64,000 nt of DNA from Thermodesulfobacteriota bacterium (GTDB taxonomy: Bacteria > Desulfobacterota > Desulfobacteria > Desulfobacterales > SURF-7). Shown in pieces: positions 33,939 to 44,513 of this stretch. Numbering within the stretch: the first letter of the stretch is position 1; the number at the start of each line of letters is the position of its first letter. A program made the translations under genes and the position numbers. The stretch lies in contig JBMORA010000001.1 of NCBI GenBank assembly GCA_049320885.1, positions 146,622-210,621 on the forward strand. Direction: 5' to 3'. The notes under the pieces are model-generated. The model saw nothing but the letters and a program-made list of their open reading frames with translations, was not told the origin of the DNA and did no database searches.

Positions 33939-35310
33939 CGCTTCCGGTCCGGACGATGCCCGCGGCATGGCCGTGATGATCCTCAACCTGCTGTCATCCT
34001 CCCGGACCACCCTCGATCAAGCCGTCGAGGAATACCTGACCCGGGACCGAATGCCGTCACACCGCGAACGCTCGCTGGCCATGGCCATTCTGTACGGTGT
34101 CATGCGGTGGCGCGCCAGGCTTGACCATATGATCCGCCATTTCTCCGCTACGCCGCTGAATAAAATCGATCCGGAGATTCTCAACATCCTGAGGATCAGT
34201 CTCTTTCAGCTGTTGTACCTAGACCGCGTTCCGACGTCCGCCGCCGTCAACACGGCGGTGGAACTGACCAAAAAATATGGCCGCCCTTATATCACGCGGT
34301 ACGTGAACGGCGTCCTGAGAAATGCGGCGCGGTCTTTCCAAACGGTTCCGTTTCCTTCCATCGAGGAGGACCCGATTCAAGCCCTGGCGGCTGAGTACGC
34401 ATTTCCCGCATGGCTCATGGAACGTTGGCTCCATCGATTTGGAATGGACCAAACCAGGAAGTTGTGTGAAGCCGTCAATACCATCCCCCCCATCACGATT
34501 CGGGTCAATCCATTGAAGACCTCCCGAGAAACCGTTTACGGAACCTTATCCCCCGCTGTCGAGAGCATCTCACCGACGCCGTATTCACCGGAAGGCCTCC
34601 AGCTGTCCGGACCGTCGACCGCCATTCCGGATTTCCAGGAATTCAAGGATGGGCTCTTCCAGGTTCAGGATGAAGCCTCGCAATTGGTGGCCTATCTCCT
34701 CGCCCCCCGACCCGATGAAACAGTGCTGGACGCCTGTGCCGGCCTCGGCGGGAAAACAGCCAACATTGCCCAGATGATGAACAACAGGGGCAGGCTGGTT
34801 GCCATGGATCTCAGCAGCGCCAAATTGAACCGTCTGGCAACGGAAATGAACCGCATGGGAATCTCCATGGTATATCCGGCGGCTCAGGATATACTGCTTG
34901 AATTCGGCCCGGAGGTTTTGTGCCAATATGACCGGGTTCTTCTGGATGCCCCCTGCTCCGGTTTGGGGGTCCTGCGGAGAAATCCGGATGGGAAATGGTC
35001 CGATGCCAAAAAAAAGCTGCTCCGCTTCCAGCGTAACCAGCTGGCCCTGATCAACCGTCTTGCGGCGCTGGTGAAACCCGGCGGGATCCTGGTCTATTCC
35101 GTTTGCAGTTTCGAACCGGAAGAAAATGAATTGCTGATCGAGACGTTTTTAAACCACCATCCTCAATTCTTCCTGGAAAAACCACCGGAAACGTTCCCGA
35201 ATACGGCCCTTGGATTGATCGATTCCAGGGGCTTTCTGAAAACCTATCCCCACCTTCATCATACCGATGGTTTTTTCGGCGCCCGTCTGCGCAGAAAAAC
35301 ATCCAGTTGA
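33925..35310 (+). CDS. rsmB: 16S rRNA m5C967 methyltransferase
   Basis: Start moved to ATG 33925; NusB-like N-terminus, VQDEASQ, LDACAGLGGKT, DAPCSG.G, YSVCS. Confidence 0.95.
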   Translation: MKKNNASGPDDARGMAVMILNLLSSSRTTLDQAVEEYLTRDRMPSHRERSLAMAILYGVMRWRARLDHMIRHFSATPLNKIDPEILNILRISLFQLLYLDRVPTSAAVNTAVELTKKYGRPYITRYVNGVLRNAARSFQTVPFPSIEEDPIQALAAEYAFPAWLMERWLHRFGMDQTRKLCEAVNTIPPITIRVNPLKTSRETVYGTLSPAVESISPTPYSPEGLQLSGPSTAIPDFQEFKDGLFQVQDEASQLVAYLLAPRPDETVLDACAGLGGKTANIAQMMNNRGRLVAMDLSSAKLNRLATEMNRMGISMVYPAAQDILLEFGPEVLCQYDRVLLDAPCSGLGVLRRNPDGKWSDAKKKLLRFQRNQLALINRLAALVKPGGILVYSVCSFEPEENELLIETFLNHHPQFFLEKPPETFPNTALGLIDSRGFLKTYPHLHHTDGFFGARLRRKTSS

Positions 35311-35331
35311 TGGGGTTTCAAAAAAAGAGGA

Positions 35332-35360
35332 TTGACAGGTTCCGATTTCTCCATTAAAGT
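35332..35360 (+). promoter_or_regulatory. sigma-70 promoter of the rrf2-hmc operon
   Basis: TTGACA-17 nt-TAAAGT. Confidence 0.6.
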
Positions 35361-35366
35361 TCACCT

Positions 35367-35391
35367 TTTCTTGACCATGGTGATCAAGAAA
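35367..35391. promoter_or_regulatory. palindromic operator, probable Rrf2-family binding site
   Basis: TTTCTTGA-ccatggtga-TCAAGAAA just downstream of the -10 box. Confidence 0.6.
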
Positions 35392-35406
35392 GGGGCTTGA
35401 CGGACA

Positions 35407-35868
35407 ATGCTGATCACACAAAAATCACAATACGCGCTGAGAGCCTTATATGAGCTGGCCAGGCGCAGGGGTGATGGCCCTGTCAAGATTTCCGAAATCG
35501 CCGGTGCCCAGAAGATACCTCATCGCTTTCTGGAGGTGATCCTGAGCCAGTTGCGACGCTCGGGCATGGTCGATTCCAAACGCGGTTATCATGGTGGTTA
35601 CGTTCTGAGCCGTGAACCGGAAAAAATTTCAGTCGGCGATGTCCTTCGATTTCTACAGCAAACCACCAGCCCGGAACAGTGCATTGCCTGCGAGACGAAA
35701 TACAATTGCCCGTTCATGGGCGATTGTGTTTTCATGCCCATGTGGAATAAAGTGCGAATGGCCATTTTCGATATCTACGACAAAACCACCATTCAAGAAC
35801 TCCTCACAACAGACAAACGAACCAAAGTTGGATCGGGAAGAATCAGGAAAAAAACAGCCGCCAAATGA
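35407..35868 (+). CDS. rrf2: Rrf2 family transcriptional regulator
   Basis: YALRAL.ELA, FLEVIL.QL, SKRG..GGY.L; Cys cluster CIAC..NC..DC. Confidence 0.92.
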   Translation: MLITQKSQYALRALYELARRRGDGPVKISEIAGAQKIPHRFLEVILSQLRRSGMVDSKRGYHGGYVLSREPEKISVGDVLRFLQQTTSPEQCIACETKYNCPFMGDCVFMPMWNKVRMAIFDIYDKTTIQELLTTDKRTKVGSGRIRKKTAAK

Positions 35869-37451
35869 ATAAGGAAGTCAACATGAAGATGGGAATAGCG
35901 CTACGATGGAAGGGAATTTTTTGTATTATAGCCCTGTTGTCTATTTCAACCATCCGGGTTTCCGGAACCGAGACCCAACAACAGGCGGATTCCGCACCCG
36001 ATCCAGCCGGTATCATCTCCATCGATGGCATGAAAATTTTCGGCGATCTGGAACGACCCCCCGTTCTGTTTCAGCATGACCGGCATACAGCCGCCGTCCA
36101 AAAACAGGGAAAGGACTGCACGGTCTGTCATCTGCAACAGGAAGGCAACCTGCTGCTGCTTTTCAAACGCGCCGAAAACAGCGCCCCCAAGGCGGTGATG
36201 AATTTGTATCATGAGAACTGCATTGCCTGCCACAAGGAAACCGATGCAGCCAAACAGCCGTCAGGACCGGTGGAATGCGGCGGCTGTCATGTGGAGAAAC
36301 CGACCGTTCAACCGGCTCAACAACCTGCGGGCATGGATAAATCCCTGCATTTCCGTCACAGCAAGGCCTTGGAAAACAAATGCGACAGCTGCCACCATGA
36401 GTACGACAGCGTGGCCAAAAAACTGATCTATGTCAAAGATGCGGAGGGTTCCTGCAGATTTTGCCATAAACAGGTCACCGAGGAAAACAGGATATCCATC
36501 TCGCTGGCCGCTCACAAGGCCTGTATCGGCTGCCATCTCAAAACCGCTTCCCGGCAGCAGAAAACCGGCCCCTTCACCTGTGCCGGTTGCCATAATGCGG
36601 AATCCCGGCGACTCGTTGAAAAAATCTCGCCGGTCCCGCGCATGGAACGCAAACAGCCGGATGTCGCGATGATCAAAACCGGAAAAGAACAAGTCGAACA
36701 TCGCATGAATTTTACCCCCTTCGACCATAAGGCCCATGAAAATTACAATGATACCTGCCGTGTCTGCCATCACGCCGGGATGCAGGCCTGCAATACCTGT
36801 CATACCATGGACGGCAAAAAGGAGGGTGCGGACATTCGCCTGGAACAGGCCATGCATCGAATCAATGCCGATCCGAGTTGCATCGGTTGCCATACCCGGC
36901 AGCAGCAAAAAAGAGAATGCGCCGGCTGCCACGCCCTGATGTCCCCGGATGGCGGCAGCTCCGATGCGACCTGCGCCAAATGCCATTCCGCAATTCCCAC
37001 GGCTGACCAACAATCCGTCACCCCGGAAGAAGAAAAAGCCGCTGCCGCGGCCCTTCTCGGCGCACGGACGTTCATTACCGGATTGCCGGAAGAAAAAGAC
37101 ATCCCGGAAAAGGTTGTCATCAAAAGAATGTCCGACAAATATGAACCGGTGGAGCTCCCCCACCGGAAAATTGTAAAGACCCTGTTTGAAGAAATCAAGG
37201 ACAACAAACTCGCCGGTTATTTCCATGCCAGACAGGAGACCATTTGTCAGGGATGCCACCATAACAGCCCGGCCTCGCTGAATCCGCCCCAATGCGTCAG
37301 CTGTCATGGGAAGCCCTTCAGCGATCCGGACGTTCTGAAGCCTGGTCTTCTGGGCGCCTACCATATTCAATGCATGGAATGTCATAAAAAAATGGAAATT
37401 GACAAACCCGCGACTTGTACCGAATGTCATAAAAAAAAGAATACGAATTGA
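35865..37451 (+). CDS. hmcA: 16-heme high-molecular-weight cytochrome c
   Basis: 16 CxxCH motifs counted; signal peptide; operon context. Confidence 0.93.
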   Translation: MNKEVNMKMGIALRWKGIFCIIALLSISTIRVSGTETQQQADSAPDPAGIISIDGMKIFGDLERPPVLFQHDRHTAAVQKQGKDCTVCHLQQEGNLLLLFKRAENSAPKAVMNLYHENCIACHKETDAAKQPSGPVECGGCHVEKPTVQPAQQPAGMDKSLHFRHSKALENKCDSCHHEYDSVAKKLIYVKDAEGSCRFCHKQVTEENRISISLAAHKACIGCHLKTASRQQKTGPFTCAGCHNAESRRLVEKISPVPRMERKQPDVAMIKTGKEQVEHRMNFTPFDHKAHENYNDTCRVCHHAGMQACNTCHTMDGKKEGADIRLEQAMHRINADPSCIGCHTRQQQKRECAGCHALMSPDGGSSDATCAKCHSAIPTADQQSVTPEEEKAAAAALLGARTFITGLPEEKDIPEKVVIKRMSDKYEPVELPHRKIVKTLFEEIKDNKLAGYFHARQETICQGCHHNSPASLNPPQCVSCHGKPFSDPDVLKPGLLGAYHIQCMECHKKMEIDKPATCTECHKKKNTN

Positions 37452-37512
37452 GTGCGCTTTGTCGCCATGAAACGGACCCTGTCCATTTATGAACAACGTA
37501 GAGGTAAGATAA

Positions 37513-38631
37513 ATGGCCATATCTAGACGAAAATTTTTAGGCTGGATGGGTGCAGCAGGAATCGGTTCCACTATCGGCAAATCCGCCGGGGCCGCCTCCA
37601 CGGAACATTTCACCGGCCACCCGGACAGCTTCGGCGTATTGCATGATATCACCCGTTGCGTCGGGTGTCGCAAATGCGAAGCAGCTTGCAATACCGTCAA
37701 CCAGCTGCCGGCCCCTGCAAAACCGTTTGACGACTTGACGGTGCTGGATCACAAACGCGGCACCGCCAACGACGCTTATACGGTTGTGAATCGATATGAG
37801 AATGCATCCAATCCCGCCGGCCTGCCGATTTTCAGAAAGATTCAATGCAACCACTGCCTGGAACCTGCCTGCGCTTCCGTATGTTTTGTCCGCGCTTTCC
37901 GGAAAACGGATAAAGGCCCGGTAGTATATGATGAATCGGTCTGCGTCGGTTGTCGGTATTGCATGGTCGCATGCCCGTTTGAAATTCCGACCTATGAATA
38001 CGACCAACCGCTGACCCCGCGAGTGCTGAAATGCACCCTTTGCGCGCCTCGATTGGAACAAGGGCTGTTACCGGGTTGTGTGGAGGCCTGCCCGAAAGAA
38101 GCACTTACTTTCGGAAAACGTGATGACCTGATCCAGACCGCCAGGGAGCGCATCCGCAGATATCCGGGCAGATATATGGATCATATTTACGGTGAGAGCG
38201 AGATGGGAGGAACCAGCTGGCTCTATCTATCCGGGGTTCCCTTTGCATCCATCGGAATGCGGGAGGATTTGGGAATCAAGCCCGCTCCCGAACTGACCGC
38301 CGGCGCGCTCAGCATAGTCCCCATGGTGGTTGGATTATGGCCGGTTCTGTTGACCGGGGTCTATGCCATGAGCAAGCGCAAGGAAAAAATCGCCGACGAG
38401 GAAAAATCCGCCGCCGTTCTCGCGGCCATAGAGGAAACGGAAGACAACGCCCGCGCGAATCTGGCTCAGGCATTGGAAAAAGCGAAGAAGGAAAAAGAAA
38501 AGGCCTTGGAACAGGCTGAAAAAGCCAAAGCCCAGGCCATCAAGCAAGCGTTGGAAGAAGCGGCGAAAACCCAAACCGGGAGCACTCAAGAACCTGGGTC
38601 TCAGCCGCAAGGTAAGGGGGAGGAGTCCTGA
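37513..38631 (+). CDS. hmcB: Hmc complex periplasmic Fe-S subunit
   Basis: Tat signal SRRKFL; four 4Fe-4S Cys groups; C-terminal TM helix. Confidence 0.92.
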   Translation: MAISRRKFLGWMGAAGIGSTIGKSAGAASTEHFTGHPDSFGVLHDITRCVGCRKCEAACNTVNQLPAPAKPFDDLTVLDHKRGTANDAYTVVNRYENASNPAGLPIFRKIQCNHCLEPACASVCFVRAFRKTDKGPVVYDESVCVGCRYCMVACPFEIPTYEYDQPLTPRVLKCTLCAPRLEQGLLPGCVEACPKEALTFGKRDDLIQTARERIRRYPGRYMDHIYGESEMGGTSWLYLSGVPFASIGMREDLGIKPAPELTAGALSIVPMVVGLWPVLLTGVYAMSKRKEKIADEEKSAAVLAAIEETEDNARANLAQALEKAKKEKEKALEQAEKAKAQAIKQALEEAAKTQTGSTQEPGSQPQGKGEES

Positions 38632-39803
38632 TGTCCGGAGAACGTACTGCTGTCAGCAAATCCATTTTCACACCGTTCAATCTGATTGCCGGCGTTATCG
38701 TGCTCGTCGGGCTGTTCATCACCGTGCTGCGTTTTGTGAAGGGCCTGGGAGCGACGACCAACTTGTCGAACCATACACCCTGGGGCATATGGATCGGTTT
38801 TGACCTGCTGGTGGGCGTAGCGCTGGCAGCCGGGGGCTACGTCACATCCGCCGCCGTTTATGTGTTCGGCATGAAGCGATATCATTCAGCTGTCCGCCCG
38901 GCTGTGCTGACCGGCTTCCTCGGATACCTGTTCGTCGTCATCGCGCTGCATTATGACGTCGGCCGTCCCTGGCGTCTGCCCTACCCTTTCATCGTCGGCT
39001 GGGGCACCACATCCCTGCTGTTTGAGGTCGGTCTTTGCGTAGCCCTCTATCTCACCGTTCTTTTCCTGGAATTTACTCCCGCTCCGCTGGAATGGCTGGG
39101 ATTGAAAAAGACCCGCGACCTCGCGGTGAAACTGACCATGGTGCTGACCATTTTCGGTGTGGTTCTATCAACCCTGCATCAGTCATCCCTGGGCGCGCTT
39201 TTCCTGATTGCTCCCTCCAAGCTGCACCCCCTCTGGTATTCACCTTATCTGCCGGTTTTCTTTTTTGTTTCAAGCATTATAGCCGGCCTTTCCATGGTGA
39301 TGTTCGAGGGTTCGCTTTCCCATAAGGCGTTTCATCATAAAATGGATGAGACCCATCTGGCCGAAAGCGACCCCCTGGTGCTCGGATTCGGGAAAGCGGC
39401 CGCTCTCGTCCTTGCCGGATATTTCACCATCAAAATCGTGGGACTCACGGCCGGAAACCACTGGCATCTGCTGACAACCCCCTACGGGTACTGGTTTTTA
39501 CTTGAACTGATCGGATTTGTTGCGCTACCTTGTTTTCTGTACGCCATCGGCGCAAGGGAAAAGAATGTCAAACTCATCCGTTTCACCGCCGCATGGACAG
39601 TGGCCGGCATCGTTTTAAACCGTTTGAACGTATCGGTAATCGCATTCAATTATCATCTGCCGGCGAGCGAACGGTATGTGCCCCACTGGATGGAGATCGG
39701 CATCTCGGTTTTCATGGTGACATTGCTGATCCTTTTTTTCCGTTTCATCGTAACCCGGATGCCGATTCTGTATGAGCATCCGGATTATAAAACCGGCCAT
39801 TAG
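38631..39803 (+). CDS. hmcC: Hmc complex NrfD/HybB-type membrane subunit
   Basis: PWGIWIGFD, ALAAGG, DVGRPWR, LSTLHQSSLG. Confidence 0.92.
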   Translation: MSGERTAVSKSIFTPFNLIAGVIVLVGLFITVLRFVKGLGATTNLSNHTPWGIWIGFDLLVGVALAAGGYVTSAAVYVFGMKRYHSAVRPAVLTGFLGYLFVVIALHYDVGRPWRLPYPFIVGWGTTSLLFEVGLCVALYLTVLFLEFTPAPLEWLGLKKTRDLAVKLTMVLTIFGVVLSTLHQSSLGALFLIAPSKLHPLWYSPYLPVFFFVSSIIAGLSMVMFEGSLSHKAFHHKMDETHLAESDPLVLGFGKAAALVLAGYFTIKIVGLTAGNHWHLLTTPYGYWFLLELIGFVALPCFLYAIGAREKNVKLIRFTAAWTVAGIVLNRLNVSVIAFNYHLPASERYVPHWMEIGISVFMVTLLILFFRFIVTRMPILYEHPDYKTGH

Positions 39804-39822
39804 CAAAGGGAAGGACCGTTAA

Positions 39823-39993
39823 ATGCATCCTGTCTTTTTTACACTGCATGATTTTTTATTGCATACGGAAAGCTTGACCTATTTGGTAATGTTGCTCTCC
39901 CTGCTGAGCTTCCTCGGTTTCTGGTTTTTTCTGACCGAACGGGACGATGAGGAGCGGGAGGAAAATCAACAAAAGCATCAGGGGCATCACTAG
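39823..39993 (+). CDS. hmcD: small membrane subunit of the Hmc complex (56 aa)
   Basis: Translated by hand: MHPVFFTLHDFLLHTESLTYLVMLLSLLSFLGFWFFLTERDDEEREENQQKHQGHH; RBS GGAAGGA; lies between hmcC and hmcE; absent from the ORF track. Confidence 0.85.
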   Translation: MHPVFFTLHDFLLHTESLTYLVMLLSLLSFLGFWFFLTERDDEEREENQQKHQGHH

Positions 39994-40028
39994 TTCCGCC
40001 ACCTGTTCGTGTAAGTGTAGGAGAAATT

Positions 40029-40706
40029 ATGTACGAGATCGTTACCGGACCACTGGCTTGGCTGTCATTTCTCATTTTTTCCATCGGGATATTGGTGCGT
40101 ATCGTCCTTTATATCAAAGGGCTTGACTGGAAGCTTGACCGTGTCACCTATTCCGTCAACACGGCTTACGGCATCAAGGGGGCTGTCCGCTCCATCCTGT
40201 TCTGGATCGTGCCCTTCGGCGCGAGAAGCTGGCGCACAAAACCTCTTTTTACCGTCATGGTTTTTACGTTTCATATCGGTTTGCTGGTCACGCCTGTTTT
40301 CCTCATCGGACATAACCTCCTGCTCCAGGAACGCTGGGGAATCACCTTATGGACCCTGAGTGAGAATACCGCCGATCTCCTTACGTTGATCGTCATTATT
40401 TCAGCTGTTTTCTTGGCCCTGCGGCGGATCGCCCTCCCCGAGGTGCGCATCCTGACCACTGCATACGATTATCTGTTGCTCCTGATAGCAGTCGCGCCAT
40501 TCATAACCGGCTTTTTGGCTCACCGCCAGGTGACGGATTACCAGTTCTGGCTTATTCTTCACATCCTGAGCGGTGAAATCTGGCTGATCGCCATTCCGTT
40601 TACCAAGCTTTCTCACATCGTCATGTTCTTTTTGTCCCGAGCCCAGATCGGCATGGATTTCGGCATCAAACGGGGGGGGATGAAAGGTCGGGGGATGGTT
40701 TGGTAG
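40029..40706 (+). CDS. hmcE: Hmc complex NarI-like cytochrome b subunit
   Basis: FHIG, GHN, LHIL and IPFTKLSH heme-b histidines. Confidence 0.92.
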   Translation: MYEIVTGPLAWLSFLIFSIGILVRIVLYIKGLDWKLDRVTYSVNTAYGIKGAVRSILFWIVPFGARSWRTKPLFTVMVFTFHIGLLVTPVFLIGHNLLLQERWGITLWTLSENTADLLTLIVIISAVFLALRRIALPEVRILTTAYDYLLLLIAVAPFITGFLAHRQVTDYQFWLILHILSGEIWLIAIPFTKLSHIVMFFLSRAQIGMDFGIKRGGMKGRGMVW

Positions 40707-40745
40707 GATATTGTTGGACCATTAATCTTTTCGGGAATCGACACC

Positions 40746-42134
40746 ATGGCTGAAGGAAAACTTTGCAATCGAAAACCGGTAACCACCAAGGAAGAACTCC
40801 AGGCGCTTCTGGATGATAAAAACGGCATCCAGTATTATCAGGAAATGAATCAGCTCGATGTGGACCGCGGCGCTCTCTGGGACACGATTCAGAAAACCTG
40901 CAAATCGCGGCTAAGGACATGGCTCGAAATCTGTGCCCGATGCGGACTTTGCGCCGACAGCTGTTTTTTTTACCTGGCGAACAAAAAGGACCCCAAACAA
41001 GTCCCCTCCTATAAAATCCAATCCACCCTCGGTGAAATCGTCCGACGGAAGGGCGACGTTACCAATGCTTTCATGCAGATGGTAATGGATACGGCCTGGG
41101 GAAAGTGCACCTGCTGCAACCGCTGCGCCCTTTACTGCCCATTCGGAATCGATATGGGGGTCATGTTCGGATACCTCCGCGGTCTTTGCTTTTCACAGGG
41201 ATTCGTGCCATGGGAGTTGAAAATCGGTGCCGGAATGCATCGCATTTACAAAGCACAGATGGATGTGACTTCCGAAGACTGGGTGGAAACCTGTGAATGG
41301 ATGTGTGATGAAAACCAGGAAGACTGGCCCGGTCTGGAGATCCCCGTCGACAAAGAGAATGCCGATTTTATCTACACGGTCAATGCCCGTGAACCCAAGC
41401 ATTATCCGGAGGATCTGGCGGAAGCCGCCATTTTGTTCCATATCGCCGGTGAAAACTGGACGGTGCCGAGTGAAGGATGGGAAGAAACCAGTCTGGCCAT
41501 GTTCGCCGGCGACTGGGAAGGATGCCGGCAGCAAGTAACGGCCGTCTATGATGCCATGGAGCGATTGAAACCGAAACGGATGGTCGTGACCGAATGCGGT
41601 CATGCCTATCGGGCCACGGTGATTGAAGGGCCCTATTGGGCCGGTTTGAAAAGCGGGAAAACACCGGTTGAAACGCTTCACTACGTCGAATGGGTGGCGG
41701 AAGCCTTGCGAACCGGCAAGCTGAAGATCGACCCCGCCAAAAAGATCAAGGAACCGGTGACCTATCAAGACTCGTGCAATTATATCCGCAATGCCGGGCT
41801 GAAAGATGCGGCCCGGTATATCATGAGTCAAATAGCGGAAGATTTCAGGGAAATGACTCCCAACAGGGAGCATAATTTCTGTTGCGGCGGCGGCGGCGGG
41901 ATGAACGGCCTCGGCCGCTACCGCAAGGAACGTAACATCGGTCTGAAAGTCAAGCGGGATCAAATTCTTGCCACCGGCGCCAAACTGGTCATTTCTCCCT
42001 GTCACAACTGCTGGGATGCCATCAGGGATCTGGAAGAAGTGTATGAAATCGGTATCCGCTGGTCCTTCCTCAAACCATTGTTGTTAAAAATGGTGGTCAT
42101 CCCGGATCACCTCAAGCCGGAAGAAGAAGAATAA
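40746..42134 (+). CDS. hmcF: Hmc complex cytoplasmic Fe-S/CCG (HdrD-like) subunit
   Basis: [44 protein letters not shown]. Confidence 0.92.
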   Translation: MAEGKLCNRKPVTTKEELQALLDDKNGIQYYQEMNQLDVDRGALWDTIQKTCKSRLRTWLEICARCGLCADSCFFYLANKKDPKQVPSYKIQSTLGEIVRRKGDVTNAFMQMVMDTAWGKCTCCNRCALYCPFGIDMGVMFGYLRGLCFSQGFVPWELKIGAGMHRIYKAQMDVTSEDWVETCEWMCDENQEDWPGLEIPVDKENADFIYTVNAREPKHYPEDLAEAAILFHIAGENWTVPSEGWEETSLAMFAGDWEGCRQQVTAVYDAMERLKPKRMVVTECGHAYRATVIEGPYWAGLKSGKTPVETLHYVEWVAEALRTGKLKIDPAKKIKEPVTYQDSCNYIRNAGLKDAARYIMSQIAEDFREMTPNREHNFCCGGGGGMNGLGRYRKERNIGLKVKRDQILATGAKLVISPCHNCWDAIRDLEEVYEIGIRWSFLKPLLLKMVVIPDHLKPEEEE

Positions 42135-42160
42135 TAATCCACCCACCGCGAAAGTCGCCG

Positions 42161-42194
42161 AAAGGGAGCGTCGAAAGACGTCTCCCTTTTTTTT
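42161..42194 (+). terminator. intrinsic terminator of the hmc operon
   Basis: AAAGGGAGCGTC-GAAA-GACGTCTCCCTTTTTTTT. Confidence 0.85.
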
Positions 42195-42329
42195 CTTCCG
42201 CGCCTTGATCCGGTCCGCCCCTGCGGAAATGCGCCGAAAATGCATCGTTGAGCCGATTGACATCTGCAAGGATTCTGACTACAATCCCCACCAAAACGTG
42301 ACGCATCCGCCCCTATTACGGTTTTCATC

Positions 42330-43301
42330 ATGATCGCAAAAGTTTTCAGAATGGCGGCTTTATTCCTTGCCGTTTTCTTCGTCGCCGGGATGAGTGCCTA
42401 TTTCGCGTTGACCGCGATCATCAGGACGGAAGAAACCGTGATCGTGCCGGATCTCACCGGCAAGAGCCTGGTGCACACCCTGGAACTGATGACGAAACTG
42501 GGACTGAACACCAAGGTGAAAGGATCGGAATACAGCGGTATGACCCCGAAACATCATATCCTGTTTCAGGACCCGCTGCCGGGCAGGAAAATCAAAAAGG
42601 GACGGGATATCCGTATCATCCTCTCAAAGGGGGCCAAATCCATAAAAATGCCGAATCTGAGAGCCCTCACCGCTCAGCAGGCCCAGCTCGCCATTGAGGA
42701 AAACGATCTCATTGCCGGAACGAATGCCTTTGTCTTTTCCCCTGTCTGGGAAAAAGATCAGGTAATCGCTCATTCGCCACCGGCGGGAAACCGCATCCAT
42801 CCTGGCGACCAGGTTAATCTCCTGATCAGCATAGGGGCTCGCCCAAAATTTTATATGATGCCGGATTTGAGAGATTTATCGCTCGATGAAGCGGTGGCGC
42901 GAATTGCCAGAATCAGCATGCGCATCGGGGAAATACAATATATCTTCAAATCCGATCAGCCATTGAATACCATTGTATCCCAAGAACCGCGGACCGGACA
43001 ACGGATCCAGCAGGGAACACCGGTGGATCTCATCATAAACCGGCAGCAAACCCCTGAACCTCGTAAAATATCGAACTTGTTTTCAGGCCCGCGGTTGTTT
43101 CGATACCGGTTAGGCGAAGGATTCATGAAAAAACGTATCCGCGTCCAGGTCGAGTGCTTCGGTCTGTCCGCGGATTTCCACAATAGCCTGGTCAAACCGG
43201 GAACCGAAATATGGTCCCTGGTGCCGAGCAATACCAAAGCAACGATGTTCCTGTACAGCAATGACAAACTGGTAACAGCGGAAGTATTTGACACCTGGTG
43301 A
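42330..43301 (+). CDS. PASTA domain-containing membrane protein
   Basis: N-terminal TM helix plus three (V/M)PxLxx..Q.P..G repeats. Confidence 0.88.
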   Translation: MIAKVFRMAALFLAVFFVAGMSAYFALTAIIRTEETVIVPDLTGKSLVHTLELMTKLGLNTKVKGSEYSGMTPKHHILFQDPLPGRKIKKGRDIRIILSKGAKSIKMPNLRALTAQQAQLAIEENDLIAGTNAFVFSPVWEKDQVIAHSPPAGNRIHPGDQVNLLISIGARPKFYMMPDLRDLSLDEAVARIARISMRIGEIQYIFKSDQPLNTIVSQEPRTGQRIQQGTPVDLIINRQQTPEPRKISNLFSGPRLFRYRLGEGFMKKRIRVQVECFGLSADFHNSLVKPGTEIWSLVPSNTKATMFLYSNDKLVTAEVFDTW

Positions 43302-43343
43302 TCGAAGTGTTGTATCAACTCATATCAAAGGGGATGAAAAAAA

Positions 43344-44000
43344 ATGAAGTTAATAGCGCCATCCATTTTATCGGCCGACTTCACAAAATTGGGTGATGAA
43401 ATCAAGGCGGTTGAGGACGCGGGAGCGGACTGGATTCACATTGATGTCATGGACGGACATTTTGTACCCAATATCACCTATGGTCCGATCATTGTGGAAG
43501 CATGCCGGAGGGTCACGAACCTGCCGCTGGATGTGCATTTGATGATTGAAAAACCGGATTTGCTGATAAATGATTTCATTTCAGCCGGAGCGGACCTGGT
43601 TTCCGTGCATGTCGAAACCTGCCCCCATCTGCATCGCTCCGTTCAGCTGATCAGGAATGCCGGAGCCAAGGCCGGCGTGGCCTTGAACCCGGCCACACCG
43701 GTTGCAGCCCTGGAATTGGTTTTAGAGCATCTTGATTTTGTACTGATCATGAGCGTCAACCCGGGATTCGGGGGACAATCCTTCATCCCGGAAACATTGG
43801 GTAAGGTCCGCCAGCTCAAGGATATGATCCGGAAAAAAAACCTGAATCCCCTCATCCAGCTCGATGGCGGCGTCAACGCCCAGACAATCGAAAAGATCGC
43901 CTCCGCCGGGACGGATGTATTTGTCGCCGGTTCAGCCATCTTCGGCAGCGGCCATTATGATGAAATCATTCAGTTGTTCCGTAAAACAATAGGCCGGTGA
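43344..44000 (+). CDS. rpe: ribulose-phosphate 3-epimerase
   Basis: IAPSILSADF, HIDVMDGHFVPN, MSVNPGFGGQ, DGG. Confidence 0.97.
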   Translation: MKLIAPSILSADFTKLGDEIKAVEDAGADWIHIDVMDGHFVPNITYGPIIVEACRRVTNLPLDVHLMIEKPDLLINDFISAGADLVSVHVETCPHLHRSVQLIRNAGAKAGVALNPATPVAALELVLEHLDFVLIMSVNPGFGGQSFIPETLGKVRQLKDMIRKKNLNPLIQLDGGVNAQTIEKIASAGTDVFVAGSAIFGSGHYDEIIQLFRKTIGR

Positions 44001-44032
44001 CGACTCCCCCGGTACCCCAGGAGACAAACGAT

Positions 44033-44500
44033 ATGAAACAAGCAGATAGCGAAGCCTTCAGGGTGTTGGTGATTCATGGTCCCAATCTGAATATGCTCGG
44101 CAAACGGGAACCCGAAATATACGGGACCGTCACGTTGGAGGACATCAATACCGGCCTTATCCGCCAGGGGAAAAAACTCGGTTTGCTGGTGGATGCCTAT
44201 CAGTCCAACCATGAAGGCGCTATTGTCGATCGGCTCCAATCAGCCGCGGGCCGCTGCCATGGCGTTATCATCAATCCCGCCGCGTATACGCATACCAGCA
44301 TCGCCATCCGGGACGCATTGCTGCTGCTCAAGGTTCCCGTTGTGGAAATCCACCTGAGCAACATCTACAAACGGGAACCCTTTCGCCACAAGTCCATGAT
44401 TGCGGACATCGCCACCGGTCAAATAACCGGCATGGGGGTTTTGGGGTATGAGCTGGCCCTCACGGCAATCGCGCAGATGATTCACCCGTCGAAAGGTTGA
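44033..44500 (+). CDS. aroQ: type II 3-dehydroquinate dehydratase
   Basis: Start ATG 44033 (RBS AGGAG); HGPNLNMLGKREP..YG, QSNHEG, EIHLSN..RE.FRH. Confidence 0.96.
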   Translation: MKQADSEAFRVLVIHGPNLNMLGKREPEIYGTVTLEDINTGLIRQGKKLGLLVDAYQSNHEGAIVDRLQSAAGRCHGVIINPAAYTHTSIAIRDALLLLKVPVVEIHLSNIYKREPFRHKSMIADIATGQITGMGVLGYELALTAIAQMIHPSKG

Positions 44501-44513
44501 TCATCTCATTTTT

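Noticed and set aside
42145..42194. GAAA-loop hairpins suggesting a c-di-GMP riboswitch
   Set aside because: The other conserved riboswitch elements are missing; explained as the hmc operon terminator
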